From: Moniliella sp. 'wahieum'
Taxonomy: Eukaryota
Assembly: GCA_003971905.1 (NCBI GenBank)
Contig: RSEE01000063.1
Location: 62,001-126,000 of the forward strand
Direction: 5' to 3'
DNA: 64,000 nucleotides
Both the position numbers and the translations under genes were made by a program. The notes below the pieces were generated by a model. That model made no database searches. It worked only from the letters and a program-made list of their open reading frames with translations, and was not told where the DNA came from. Positions 1-12,410 of this stretch are shown here, one piece after another. Numbering within the stretch: position 1 is the stretch's first letter; the number at the start of each line of letters is the position of its first letter.

Positions 1-2013
1 GGAACTGTGTCCTGTTTATTGTCAAGTGTCTCGAGGCTTTCTATCCCGAGTCTTGGCGTATTTACCTTTACGCTGCTCCCTGGATCTTCTCGGGGATCTG
101 GAAAGTCCTCTCGCCGTTGCTGGACCCGGTGGTGCGGTCCAAGATTGTATTTGTCAAGACGGCGCGTGACTTTGCAGACCGCATCCCCCCGAACGCCTGA
201 TCGAAGAAGTAGGCGGTAAAGCAGTGGATTCGTTCACCTTCCTTGAGCCCGTTGGGGGGAGAACGATGCGCAGCTGGACACGGCCGAACGCGACCGGCTT
301 GTCGCAGCGTACATGGAGCTGGCCGATCAGTTTGAAGCGGCGACGCTTCGCTGGATCGAAACCAAGGGGAAAGACCCGGAGGTGGTGAAAGAACGCGCGC
401 TGCTCAAGCGCAAGTTGCGTGTAGCAGCGTTTGACAAGATGCCCTATGTACGCGGCAAGACGATCTACCACCGTCAAGGCACCCTCGATGGCTTGGGCCG
501 AGTCACCTGGGTGTACAAGACCAAGGACGGCCAGTTTGCTGCGCCACGTGATTGGACGACGGGATCACTATGCCACGTTGCTCCGGGAAATCAATGAGTT
601 GGAAGCTGGCGCGTCCGTGGCCGAGGTGGAGCGTAAGACGGAATCGGCCATTGCCCAACGTGACTGGTTGACGCTCTATGGCGACGCGTATGCCGCTCAT
701 GAATTGAAGGTGTGCCTTTGGACCGCGCCGCGGCCAAGCCCAGCAGCATTCGGCTCCGGCCGCTGCGTCTGCGCATAAACGTCATCGCGCGGGCAAGCAC
801 CACCACCACTCCCATCCTGCCGGGCAGAATGGCGGGGTGTGCTGCGGCAGCGGCAGGTGCTGCGGTAGGTGCAGCAGGTGGGTACGCAGCTGCGTCCTCT
901 CCCTATGCCGGACAGGGACGTTCCGAGACAAGTCCTGTGCGGGAAGACTGGACGAACGACATGGAAGCGCGATCGGGATCGTTGTCGTTGGCGCATCGAA
1001 ACTCGTCGGGTACAGCGCCCACGGATCCAGCTTGGACCGACCGGTCCACCCCGCCGCCGAAGCAGCCTGACGTGCAGAAAACGCGCTCGATGCCCGTGAT
1101 CCAAGCCAAGCCAGCTGTGCCGGCGGCCGGCGGGTTGGGCTGGTTTGGTACGCACGAATCGGAAGACGGATACACTTCGTCGGAAGATATGTTTTTCGAT
1201 ACGACGGAAGCGCACATGGACGATTTGGCGCGTGCGCGCGCCTATGTGCCTCCCGGACACGCCAATGCCGCATCAGGCCGCACACGGTTAAACGCAGCAC
1301 CACCGCGACCGTCGCAGCCGTCATTCCTCCACCGGGGACCAGGCACGTTTGCCGATGACTTGGCTTCCTCCCAGCTTGGGACACGGACCCCTCGCGCTCT
1401 GGCTTCGTTGCCCGCATGCCGTCGGCCAGCGACCGCTCGGGCGATGACGGTCGTTCAGCGCGCGCTCGGGCGGCGCCAGGTCGGGACGTCGGTCCATGGG
1501 CGGCCGTTCGGGCGGCGGCCGTTCGGCAGGCGGTCGGTCCGACATGGGCCGGTCGGATGCTGGAGGTCGGACGCGGGGCGGTCGGATGCAGGTCGTTCTG
1601 TGGGCGGACGGTCGGATGCGGGACGTTCCTTCGGCGGAGTCGGAAGACTGCGTGGTCCGAGCGAGTTTGGTCGTCGTTCGTACCGTTCCCATCATGGTGG
1701 ATACAATGAGTACGGTGCACCGTCTCGCTACTCGTCCTACTCTGGCCCGATGCGCGTGACGGCGGGTCGGCCGGCTTGGCCGCCTCGCCTGGGTCGGCGG
1801 TGCAGCTGTACGGCGGCTCGTACCACTACGCCCCGGGTTCGTACGATCGGCATGCCAGTACGCTCGACACGGACGATTTGGCGTTACTCTATCCTGCTAA
1901 TGGGACGCACCAGTCTCGGGGCAAACGGCGCGGCGCTGCGTGCAAGGCGCGTCCGTCTTGTTTTCTCCTACTTCCCGCGCAGCCAGTTCCACCCCGGCCT
2001 TGGGGTTGCGTGA
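1..2013 (+). CDS. CRAL-TRIO/Sec14-family lipid transfer protein (CSR1/SFH2-like), 5' part outside window, with a long low-complexity C-terminal tail; frameshifted
   Basis: Frame from base 3 reads NCVLFIVKCLEAFYPES..IYLYAAPWIFSGIWKVLSPLLDPVVRSKIVF (CRAL-TRIO C-terminal signature). It continues via frameshifts into ORF 313-597 (PYVRGKTIYHRQG) and ORF 712-2013. The stop position is uncertain. Confidence 0.85.
1498..1640 (+). repeat. Degenerate 15-bp coding tandem repeat (GRS-D/V-A/G pentapeptide)
   Basis: Recurring ggncggtcggangc units translating to GGRSGGGRSAGGRS...RSDAGRSDAGRSVGGRSDAGRSF. Confidence 0.8.
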
Positions 2014-3379
2014 AGGTGAGGGTGAGGGCAGGCTATCCCGGCCAATTCACCCCGTCCCTCCGCGAAGGCCGCAAGAAGAACCCTCGCTGCGTGCCGTGTC
2101 TCGGGCGTGCTGCGCGCTTAGGCTCAGGCGCTAGCTAGATCTCCCGGACAAGCTGCAAATAAGCTGCAACTGCAACTAAAAAACTCCTCCGCCTCTCCCG
2201 GTCCGGTCCTGGTCTGGTCTGGTCTGGTCGGTGGCCTGTCCGGCCTGGTCCGGGCTACCGTCTCAACAAATGATCGTCTCGTCCCTTGCTCTTTTAACCT
2301 TACCCTACCTTCCTTTCCCTTACTACCTCTTGCAGCGGGCTTATTATGGGTTCCCGTTTGCCGTTGGGTAGTAAAGGGAAGGGCTACCGGTTGGGTCCGT
2401 CTCTCGCTACCTTTATTATCTCCAATTGTTCAATTTCCCTCTTCCCTACCTCCACCTAAACCCCCTCCGGTCGTCTCGCTCCACCTCTCCCTCGTATCGT
2501 CCCCTGTTCTCCCCACGCTCTCCCCATCATGTGCGTATATGCGTGCTAATGCTCTTCGTCCCTATTCCGTTTCCGTTTTTCGTATTCCGTAATCCTGGTT
2601 CTTTTTTCTTCGTTCCTGTAGTACGACTTGTTCCTTGTTGCGTGTTCGGGTATGTCGTGTCTGTGTCTGTCCATGCATGTCGCTCGCAACCCGGGACCCA
2701 GCCCCTCGGCAACCCCCCCACAGCGCCCGACCAGGTCCCGCACCGCTGGGGGTACGAAGACCATGGCGGGCCTTCGGGAACCCCCCCCCTCCTCTTCGCC
2801 CTCTCCCCCGCTGGCGGTTATGGTGACGGTTACTATGTTTGCGTCTCGGTGGTTGACAATAGGTCTGAGACCCCTCTGTATACAAATTGAATATGGCTGG
2901 CTCCTTGTTCGATTATGCATGATGCATGATGGGCGCTCGGCGATCCTATTGAACTCAGAACTCAACTCAGTACTCACTCAGAACTCAATGTCCTCAGTCC
3001 TGGTTGAGGATCACTCGCACGCACTTGTCACAACTACTAAAGACTCGGAGAGGAGAACAGAGAAGAATCCATGCGACCAACTAACTTTGGCTGCCAGTAG
3101 ACATCAGATTCAGACCTAAGACCTACAGCACTTGTCTTCACCCAGCAAGCACTTCGTACTCCGCCCTCACCAAGTCACTATAGTAGACACTGCGAGTGCA
3201 TCTTAATTCGGGATCGGTATATGGGACTGACACCTCTACCTCTACCTCTGCCCACCTCCTACACGCAGTCCAATACGCAGCACGCAGAAGGTGCTGAATG
3301 GGCATACTCGGTCATCGATCATCCTCTTAGCTCGAATCGAGAATCGAGCCGGACACACAAGGCGCACAACAGCAAGCAC

Positions 3380-3510
3380 TGAGACCCAAGGCCAAGACCC
3401 AAGACCAAGACCAAAAGTCAAGACCAAAAGTCAAGACCAGTAAGTCAAGTCCCAAGGTCAGGTCAAGACCCAAAAGTCAAGACGCAAGGTGAAGATGCAA
3501 GGTCAAGACG
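3380..3510. repeat. Compound microsatellite (CCAAGA)n/(GTCAAGA)n
   Basis: Visible tandem ccaagaccaagaccaaaagtcaagaccaaaagtcaagacc run downstream of CMC1. Confidence 0.85.
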
Positions 3511-3550
3511 CCATGCGCTCACGCGTTTCGCGGTTGAGTGTGGGAACCGG

Positions 3551-4095
3551 TTACTCGGATGAGATGCCCTGTTCCCGAGCAATGATCGCTTTGCGGATCT
3601 TTTCGCGCGTCTCGTCGTTGTTGCTGGAGCAGGCCGGGGCAGGCAAAAGCAAGGGCGAAAAGGGAAACAGGCAAGGCAAAGTGGGAGAAGAGGGAAGGAG
3701 GGGAGAAAGGAGAGAAGAGGGAAAGAAGGAAAGAAGGGAGAGAAGGAGAAGGAGGAGAGACAGGGGGGTCAGCACACTTGCCATACCACTTGTGCACTCT
3801 CCACAATGGAGGGAACAAAGCACACATGACGACGGCAACAGGGAAGAGCAGGGTGGGGGGAGGAGAAGAGAAGGAGCAGGACAACGAGGTCCGATGACAC
3901 GTACTACATCGCAACGCATTCCTTTACTGCTTTCCACTGCTTGGAGCAGGCCCAGGACGAGGTGACAGTGCGACCTTGGGAGCACTGGGCAAACTCACGC
4001 ACCACAGGATCGCACACGCGCAACGCAGCTTCCCGCACGGCCTTGAGCAAGTCTTCCTCCTCCAGGTTGCTCAGCACGTTTTCGCGCTTTGGCAT
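3551..4095 (-). CDS. CMC1: Twin CX9C cytochrome c oxidase assembly protein Cmc1; 2 exons (4095-3905, 3623-3551)
   Basis: MPKRENVLSNLEEEDLLK..RVCDPVVREFAQCSQGRTVTSSWACSKQWKAVKEC (two CX9C motifs). A GTACGT..CAG intron at 3904-3624 joins in frame to YNNDETREKIRKAIIAREQGISSE*. Confidence 0.9.
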
Positions 4096-4996
4096 GGTCA
4101 GATTGGCGACGCAGAAAGTGAAGGAGAGCGAGAGCGGAGAGCGGAGAGCGGAGAGCGAGAGAGAGAGAGAGCGGAGAGCGGAGAGCAGAGAGCGAAAGGT
4201 AAAGGGGGAGCAGACGATGGGCAGCACGCGGCTTGGTCCAAGCTCCAACGCCCTCGTCGGCCCAGGGTGGGGCAAGACGAAGCAACCACTAGCGAAGCCC
4301 AGCACAAGGGCGGAAGAGGATTAAAGTGGGCGGAACGCCAGTATCGGCCCACCTGAGGGTTGGACTTACCCATTTCAAAATGCACGCTTATTAGTAACCG
4401 CTTCGTTGCACGTTTTTGCCCAATCGACATGTGACACGATCATTAATCACGTTGTAATCACACTTTCCTCTCTCTTTGTGCATGCGTCGCTGGGTTTGGT
4501 ACCTTGTCTCTGCTCTGCACCCCATGCACTAAGCTCCAAGTGCCAACCCATCCACACCTTCCCTTTTTTCGGGGAGGGGAATGTGCGATGGATAGGGCTC
4601 TACTCACGCCGAGCCAGCGGACCGGGCGTTTGAGTATTTTGCTACCTACATACTAAGGACGAGCCTGAAGATGGACCAGACACGTGGTTGCACTGGGTTG
4701 AGATCTGAGAAGTGGCTAGTGGTAAGGGAGGGTGTATCGAGTATCGGAAAGGGAAGCGTTTGGAAATTGGACGGGGCATGGGGAATGGAGAAACAATGCA
4801 ATGTACACGGAAGAGACGGTAGGTCAGCGCCCAGCCTAAGGGGCTCAGGGCTTAGGAGCAGGTACATACGTCCTGGTGTGTCTCCTGGTACTACGTCCCC
4901 GCGGCGCCGATCCTATTTAGGCTGCGACTCGCCCGGAGGCCTGAGGCGCAGGTCTCAGACTCTTGTGAGAGGGCCAGGGAGCTCCGAGGAGAGGTG

Positions 4997-5028
4997 AAAG
5001 CTTGAAGCTTGAAGCTTGAAGCTTGAAG
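4997..5028. repeat. (GAAGCTT)n 7-bp tandem repeat
   Basis: aagcttgaagcttgaagcttgaagcttgaag; the same unit recurs at ~33507-33533. Confidence 0.9.
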
Positions 5029-6093
5029 TGCGGCTGGCGAGACTGAGGAGTCGGCGGTTTGATTTGGCTTTGGCTTCTGGTGGTCGCTTTTGGTGTTGGA
5101 CGTTAGGCCTTAGGTTGCATGGCGGGGGGAGGCAAGGGCGGGGTACCGACGACAGAGTGGGCTGTGTGACAGAGTGTGGTTGTCGTAACACACCAACGGA
5201 GGCGCCAGGAGGCACGCCGGCGGGTGCGGGCGATGTGGATGGAACAGGTACTGGCATATGTACTGACATGTGACAGCAAAGCCAAGTAAGAGTTACGCGG
5301 TAGGGACTGGGTGGATAGATGGACTGAACAATGGAATTGGAAAGCACGATTGGTTTATGATGGGGCACTGGATCTGAGCGGGAATGATGTGATCGGCTTG
5401 GCACACCCTGCTCCACCAGGGCACCACGTCTGCACCGGCCTTATCATGCACATGCACTCTGCTTGTGTCCGCCGGGAGCCACTGCCGCCGGGGTTGAGTG
5501 GGCGGCCCGCGGCCAGGGAGCGTGGCGCAGCACTGGTGCAGCGCTGGTGCCTGCCAGTGCCCGCCAGTGCCTGCCAGTGCCTGCCCCTCCGATAGACAGT
5601 GGTACGCGAGTGTGGCTGCACTGGCCGGCACAGCGCAGCAGACCGCATTGCTCTAGGGATCGGCGCTCAGCCTGAGCGATCAGGTGCCGAGGACGTGAGG
5701 AGCACTCTGTACGTACGCCGTGCTATAGCGCTCAACGTACTCGGGTCCTCGGCATGCACGACCCAGGACCAGCACCACACCACTCGGCCCCTGCAGCACA
5801 TGCCCGACGCAAGGGGCACACTCACCCCGTGCGTGCCTTGCTTGCACCCTCGCCATGCCGTCGGACCAAACATACATGTATTGCTTGCTGCATGTAACAG
5901 CATTCAGCATCCAGCTCCAAGCTCCAACCTGTTTGCCACTGCCCCATCCGCCCCGCCCCGTCCCGTTTCCTCTCCGTCCCCATCCCCATCCCCATCGCCA
6001 CCTCCTCGCTCCCATCTGCTCTCCTCTCCACGTCCGGGCGTTTCCCCTCCTCCTTCCCACCCCTCTCCATCTACGCCGTGGCGCCCTCTCGCA

Positions 6094-7510
6094 ATGCGTC
6101 CCTCCGTCCTGCGACCCCTAGCAGCCGTCCTTGCCCTCGGCACGCTGGCCGCCACCGCGTCCCCTGCTCATACCTCACCCCACACTCACTTGGCCGCCGC
6201 GATGCATCCACCGTCATGTCGGGCGGCACTAGTAACGAGGGCGAAGATCACAACCCCGTGTCTGTCCCCGCCGGATCCGTTCTCACCTCCCTTCCCGTTG
6301 GCACGTCCGGCGACCAAATTGCCGTCTTTTGGTCTACGCGCTCCTCCAACCAGCTTGCCCAGCAGGCCTTTGTCATGATCCACGGCCGCATTCGCAATGG
6401 CAACCAGTACTGGCAGACAATGGAGAATGCGCTGGTGAGCGCGATCAATGCCAGTTACCCTGGCGCGAGCCCCCACTCGATCGTCACTGCGCCTCAGTAC
6501 TACTCTACCATATTCAATTCCGGTGAGTATGCCAAGAATGAGCTTGCCTGGGCCGACGTCAACGCGTGGCAAGCTGGAGAAATCGCTACGCACCCACAGG
6601 GAACCGCGCGTCGTCGGCCTTCGATGTACTGGATGCGTTTGTCGCTGAATTCAGCAACAAGACCAAGTACCCTGCGATGAAAAATGTCACGCTGGTAGGC
6701 CATGGTGGTGGCGGCCAGTTGATGCAGCGCTACGCTGTCGTGGGTAACGACCCGCCTTCGGACGTTCATGTCAGGTACATTTATGGAGATCCTTCTTCCA
6801 GTTTGTACTTTACCCAAGACCGTCCGGCCGTCGACCCTTCGATCGCCAACAAGACCAGTTGCCCTTGGTTTGATTATTGGCGCTACGGCTTTACCAACTT
6901 GACGGACGTGATGCCCCGGGGCAGCAAGACACCGATTGAGTACTTTGCCCAGTACACCCGCCGCGATGTGGTCTCCATGATTGGGTACCAGGATGTGGAT
7001 GCGTCAGGAGACCAGTACTGCATGGCCAAACTGCAAGGCGGAAATAAACGTCGGGATCGTAACTTGGCCTATTGGAAGTACATCAATACTCTGGCCCGGA
7101 CCGACTTTGACATGACCGGTTTCAATGCTACGTACCCGCCTTGCCTGATTGGAGCAACGTCACGCACCATACCATTGCACATCGGTTGATTGTCATTGAA
7201 CAGGCGGATCACGATCCTAACTTGGTCTTTGGCTCCGACGAAGGTCGCGCCGCCCTCTTCTCCTCTTCCACGCTCCCTACTGGATGGCGTCCCGTAGGAT
7301 GGAGCTCATCCCCCAACACCACCAGTTCCAGCTCGCCTGTTTCCCCCCAGCCGGCAGGAGGGACGACCCAGACCAATCCTTCTCCTCCTCCTCCCCCTCG
7401 GACCCAACCCAACTTCATTCCAGTGGGCAGCCACCTCACCCCCTCTATTGCTCTCCCTACTTCTCACCATCTTGGTCTTGGCCGCTACCGCAACGGCAGG
7501 GCTCTTCTAG
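6094..7510 (+). CDS. Secreted, probably GPI-anchored alpha/beta-hydrolase-fold protein; frameshifted
   Basis: Signal peptide MRPSVLRPLAAVLALGTLAATASP; motifs IHGRIRNG..YW, TAPQY, WQAGE, SAFDVLD, VGHGGGGQLMQRYA, GDPSSSLYF, WRYG, CMAKLQGG..RRDR, HD; Ser/Thr-rich linker; hydrophobic tail LTILVLAATATAGLF* ending at 7510. Confidence 0.8.
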
Positions 7511-8644
7511 TCTGCTGCACTGCCTGCGTATGACATGATCCGTATGATGGGTCGGCTAAGTTGGTTCACCTCTATATGTGTCTCCTGTACTGTCCCCCAC
7601 TCTTTCTTTTTTCTTGTTTCGCCCCTCAATTGTACTCTTGCCACGGATCTTTCCTTTTCTTGCTTTTCATTTGTTGCTCGGATCGCACATGTGTCCCTGG
7701 GCTTACTATAGGATGGTTCCCACCTTGGTATGCTAATGCTATGTTCTTCGCCCTGCAAGTGGAGTCCCGGTTCCGGCGAGGCCTCCTGCGGGCTGAGCGA
7801 GGGAGAGCCTCGCCTGTCGTAGAATTAAAGTGGAAAGAGACCCCTCCTGCTGGCCCTGGAGCAAGTGACCCAAAAGCATACGGCGTATTCGATCAGACGC
7901 CAGCGCTTCACAATGTTCCTCCCGCCACTCCATCTGCTTCCAATTGACACGTGAGTGATAGCCGCGATGAGAGAGGGTATATACGGAGGAGCGGGTGGTA
8001 GACGACATATGCGAGCTATATGTGAGCTACATATGACCTGCGAGGTGTGAGCTGTGAACGTACTGAACGCTCAGCAGAACTGTGAGCCTGTGAGCTGTGT
8101 GCGATGAACATGAACCCCCTGGACCCACTCCAACTCGCCTCTTCTGAGGCGGTGTGCTGAGGCTCAGATTGGTGACCTTGGCGCTGCCCGCTGCGACACC
8201 TGTTCCAATCCAGCGCCCGAGGGCATATCGATTCCCCACACATGATATTCGCCACCGCCTCGTGACTAAATCGAATATCGATGGCGGGGTTAATCGTTAA
8301 TCGATAATCGGGGCATCCGGTTGGCCAGGGCACGTGACTAGGGGCGGACACGAATGTTGGCCACGTGACCCCGTGCGGAGCGCACACGAGTTGCTGTTGG
8401 CGTTTTGTTCCAGCGTCGGCCGGCCGAGTCAAACAGCAGTGAAGCTTGAAGCTGGCGGCCGCTCGGCGTCTCCACCGTCTACTTGGAGCTTGACCCTTCC
8501 CCTGCCCACGCACGGCCCAAGCGACCCTCACTCGTGCTTCCCTTCGCTTCGCTTTCCTCCTTCCTCCCCATCGCACCATCCACCACCCGCGCCACCGTAC
8601 TCCCCACCGTACTCCCCGCCGTGCTGCCTGCCGTGCTGCCTGCC

Positions 8645-11019
8645 ATGTCCGTCCCGACCTTCTACCCACCTTTCCCCGCCGAGCGCACGCCTACCGCCCC
8701 ATCGTCTGCGCCTGCGCCAGCCCAGCAAGCCACCGCGGTAGCACGCCTAGTCACCGCCGCTGCTGCCCACGCGCTCTATGCCAAGTCCCAGCTCGGTGCG
8801 CCGGTACATGCTTTGCGCCGCGCACAAGCACGCGCCACTCGCTCCTCTCCCCCTCGTCCCAATCCCAATCCCAATCCCACCCTCCGCCCCGACCCCGACC
8901 CGGCGTCCCTCCCGGTTTCTGTCCCGGTGTCTGTCGCCCGCCCCCTGGCCCGCCCGGGCACACGAGCAGCCAAGGGCAAACATGTGTTGCGCAAGGAGGT
9001 ACGTTGGATTTTGTCCCTTCCCCCTTTTTTGGATCGAAAGCGACCCCCCCCCCCTTTCTCTTCCTATGTTCCTTTTCCTTTTCCTCTTCCTCATCCTCCG
9101 TGCTGACTGACTGTACGCAACGTGCCGTTTGGTTTGGTTTGGTTTGGTTTGGTTGCAGCTTCTGGAAACGTTAGATTTGCTCGAATCCACCTTGGCGACG
9201 GCGTTTGAGGCCGGACTGCGCGCCTGCCCCGACGAGCAACAAGTCGACATTGCGTTTCTGTTTGGACCGGGACTGCTGTTCCCCAAACAACTGTTTGGCA
9301 TCACCATTGTGCTTCCGACTTTGGCCTCGGCCCGCTCGGCGTCTACCAAGTCCAAGTCCAAGTCCAAGTCCAGCGGCTTGGGGTCGGGCTTGGGGTCCGG
9401 ATTGGCCGTCAAGCCCAAGCCACCCCTGCAGGCCAAAGGCGAGAGCTGGACCAAGACCGACTCAAACTGATCGAGCGCCGCTTTTTGGCTTTTTTAGTTG
9501 AACACGATACGGGCATGGAAGAGGAGGAGGAGGATGTGTCGATGGGTACAGGTGCGGGTACGGGTACGGGGAGGTCCCAGGTGGACTCGGTACCCCCCCC
9601 AACCCTGTCTTTCTCTCCCACCCTTCTTGCGACAGGATCAAAAAGCGCGCAATGAAGTGCCATGTGACGTTGGGCGCTAGTCCTGCTTTTGTCCATGCGG
9701 CCCTGGCCGCTCAAGCGGAACAGCAACCTACCCCCACCAGCCCACCAACGTGGGTGTTCAAGCCGGCGTTTCATCCCCGTGGCTTGGATCACCTTTTTGT
9801 CCCTCCTACCCTGCCCCTAGGCCTTCCCTAGGCCTTCCCCTAGGCCTACCTCCACCCCTGCGCCTTCTTCTCCCCCCGTCCCTCGACCTCTCGCCCTCCC
9901 CACCCTCCATCCGCCCCACCCCTCCCCCACCACTCGAGCCCACTCCGCCCCCCCCTTGCCCCAGCTAGGCCCAGACTTGGACTTTCCCATACCCCTACCC
10001 CCACCCCTACATGCACATGCACATGCACATGCACATGCACATGCACATACTCTTCCTCCAGAACCAGCACCAGCATCTGCACTGACCCCCATCCGTTGCA
10101 CCTCGCCTTCATCCGTACCTTCCAGCCCTCATGTGCGCGGTTCCCCTTCCCCTTCTCGGTCTGGGTCTGGGTCTGGGTCTGGGTCTGGGTCTAGGTCCCG
10201 TTCCCGCTCGGGTTCTGGCTCTGGCTGGATCATGCACCACGGCGCCCCCCAGTGACCTGCCTGTACCCAACGTACCTGCCCAGCTCGCACGGACTTCGCC
10301 TTCCCCCTCGCGCTCGTCTAGCTCCATCTCTTGGTCAGGCGTGGTAGTTGGTGCCCGCTCGACTTCTACCTTTACCTCTGCCTCTGGTTCTGGTTCTGGT
10401 TCTGCTTTGGCCTCTACCCTCGCCCACCCACGCCTGCCTCCACATCCACCTACACCACCACCACCAACCTACTCCTCCACCCCTCGCTCCACCCCGCTGC
10501 GCCGCGCCCCCACCGCATGTCCACAAACGTACCATGGCAGTCCAAGTGGCGTCCCACTGGGCTCGTCCCCGCCTCCCTCCGAACCGGGCTCCACTTCCAT
10601 GTCAACCTCCATGTCCGCCTCCGTGTCTACTTCGGTTTCAGCGTCGGTTTCGGCCCATACACGTGTGCATGCTCATCGTTCTTCTGTCGCCCCCAAGCGA
10701 CGCGGTGGGTTGCGCAAATCCCGAGGTCCTCTCTGTGGCCGCATGCGCGTCGATTTGCGCCCCGATCGCGGTCTCGGGCCGGTCGCGGTCCCGGCCCGGT
10801 CCCCCTTCGTCTCCCATCTACCGCGACGCCGGTTGCGAGGGCGAGGGCGATTGTGGTGAAGGTTGTGGTGATGGTTGTGGTGCCGGTCCTCCTCTTGCTT
10901 CAGACGTGGCGCCCCCTCGCGCGTGGGCCATGTTCCTCCCCCCCTCGTCGGCGGGGGAGTGGGGCTGTAGTACGCGCGCCAAGCCAAGTGAGGAAGGGGT
11001 GCGGGGATGGTTAGCCTAA
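8645..11019 (+). CDS. Probable p31comet/MAD2L1BP-like HORMA-domain protein with large low-complexity inserts; intron 8999-9158; frameshifted
   Basis: Ordered motifs resemble p31comet: ARLVTAAAAHALYAKSQLGAP; LLETLDLLESTLATAF; IAFLFGPGLLFPKQLFGI; WVFKPAF; C-terminal GVRGW*. The GTACGT..GCTGAC..CAG intron is in frame. Confidence 0.55.
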
Positions 11020-11346
11020 TGGATAGGATCGATAAGAACATCGTTTCGTACTGAGTACCATGGCGCACACGTACGCAGCCATCTATATACAGGGACAAGG
11101 GAATGGGATGCCGGTCTCCGTAGCTACCACTTGTCCTCTCCGATCTCCATCTCCGCTTGATCAGCTGCAGGGATTGGTCGTAGCCCCACCGCATCACGTG
11201 ACCAGCCCAGCGGCACATGAACGGTTCAATTCCCCCGGCGGAAGTGCACCGCGGCCATTCCGCCCCGTGCCGAAGATTTTTGCCCAGGACGCGGAGCAGC
11301 AGCCGGCCAAGGCCACCGCCCATCGGTCGTCCGCTGGTCGCCCACC

Positions 11347-12410
11347 ATGTCGCTTGCCTCTGCTGCGCCCCACCCTCCAGCTCGCCACGCCCTCCGACTC
11401 CACCGGCCTGTCGGGCCGCACGCCTGTGCGCGCGTGTGCATCCCGCCGCGCTCTTCACCATCCTCGACCACCACCTCCGCCGCCCCGACCCGACCGACGA
11501 CGAGGACGAGCCCGTGCCCGACTCGGTGATTGGTACCCTGCTCGGCACCGCGCCGACGGCGAGGTCGATGTCCTCTCTGCCTTTGCTGTCCCGCACGCCG
11601 TCTCGCCCGACCAGGTCTCGGTCGAGGTCGAGTACCATCGCCAAATGCTCGACTTGCACTTACGTGCCCACCCGGCAGAGCAGGTCGTTGGCTGGTACGC
11701 TACCGGCAGCGGCGCCACCCTTACCTCCCACTCTGCCCTGATCCATGACTTTTACAATCGCGAGACGGCCCCTTTTGATGCGGTCCATATCACCCTCGAC
11801 ACGGATCTCAAGGACGCCAACTTGGGCGTCAAAGCCTGGGTCTCGTATGTATCCCCCCCCCCGCCGTCCTTTGTTTTTTTTTGTACCTGGCGGCGTGGCC
11901 ATGTCTGGTTCCTTGCGTACTGACTCTTTTTTTTTTTTTTCTTCCCCCTTTCCCCTTAGCTCGCCTCTCTTTGGATTGACCTACAAGGCCTCCTCAGCCG
12001 CATTTAGCTCGATTCCCTTGACGCTCTCGTACGCCGCTTCGGAGCGGCCGGCATTCACCTTGTTGGCCAACCGACCGGGTCGCCCGTGTCGGACCTGGAC
12101 GCGCTCGCTGCCTCCCTCACCGAGGTACAGGTGCAACTGCGTCGTGTGCTGAGCTACGTGCACGCGGTGGGGGGGAGAACAAGAGGGGGACCCGGTGGTA
12201 GGTCGGTTCATCCTTGACTCAATTGCCAAGGTGCCCGTTGGTTCGGCTGGCGGTGCCGCCGCCACTGGCGACGAGGCCCAACCAACCTCCACGACGCAGT
12301 TGGAACAACTGTTCAACTCGCACTTGCAAGACGTACTGATGGTCTCTTACTTGGCCAACTTGGTCCGTGGCCAGGCAGAGGTCTCGTCGCGTCTCACTCT
12401 GTTGGCGTAG
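11347..12410 (+). CDS. EIF3F: Eukaryotic translation initiation factor 3 subunit F (MPN/JAB domain); intron 11845-11959
   Basis: VHPAALFTILDHHLRR, VIGTLLG, AFAVPH, VEYHRQMLDLHLRAHPAEQVVGWYAT, LFNSHLQDVLMVSYLANLVRGQ. Confidence 0.93.

Noticed and set aside
2876..2900. Resemblance of tacaaattgaatatggct to the CRE 3' tail (tacaaatttaaaacaggct)
   Set aside because: Too short and AT-rich to be significant; no upstream CRE similarity seen.
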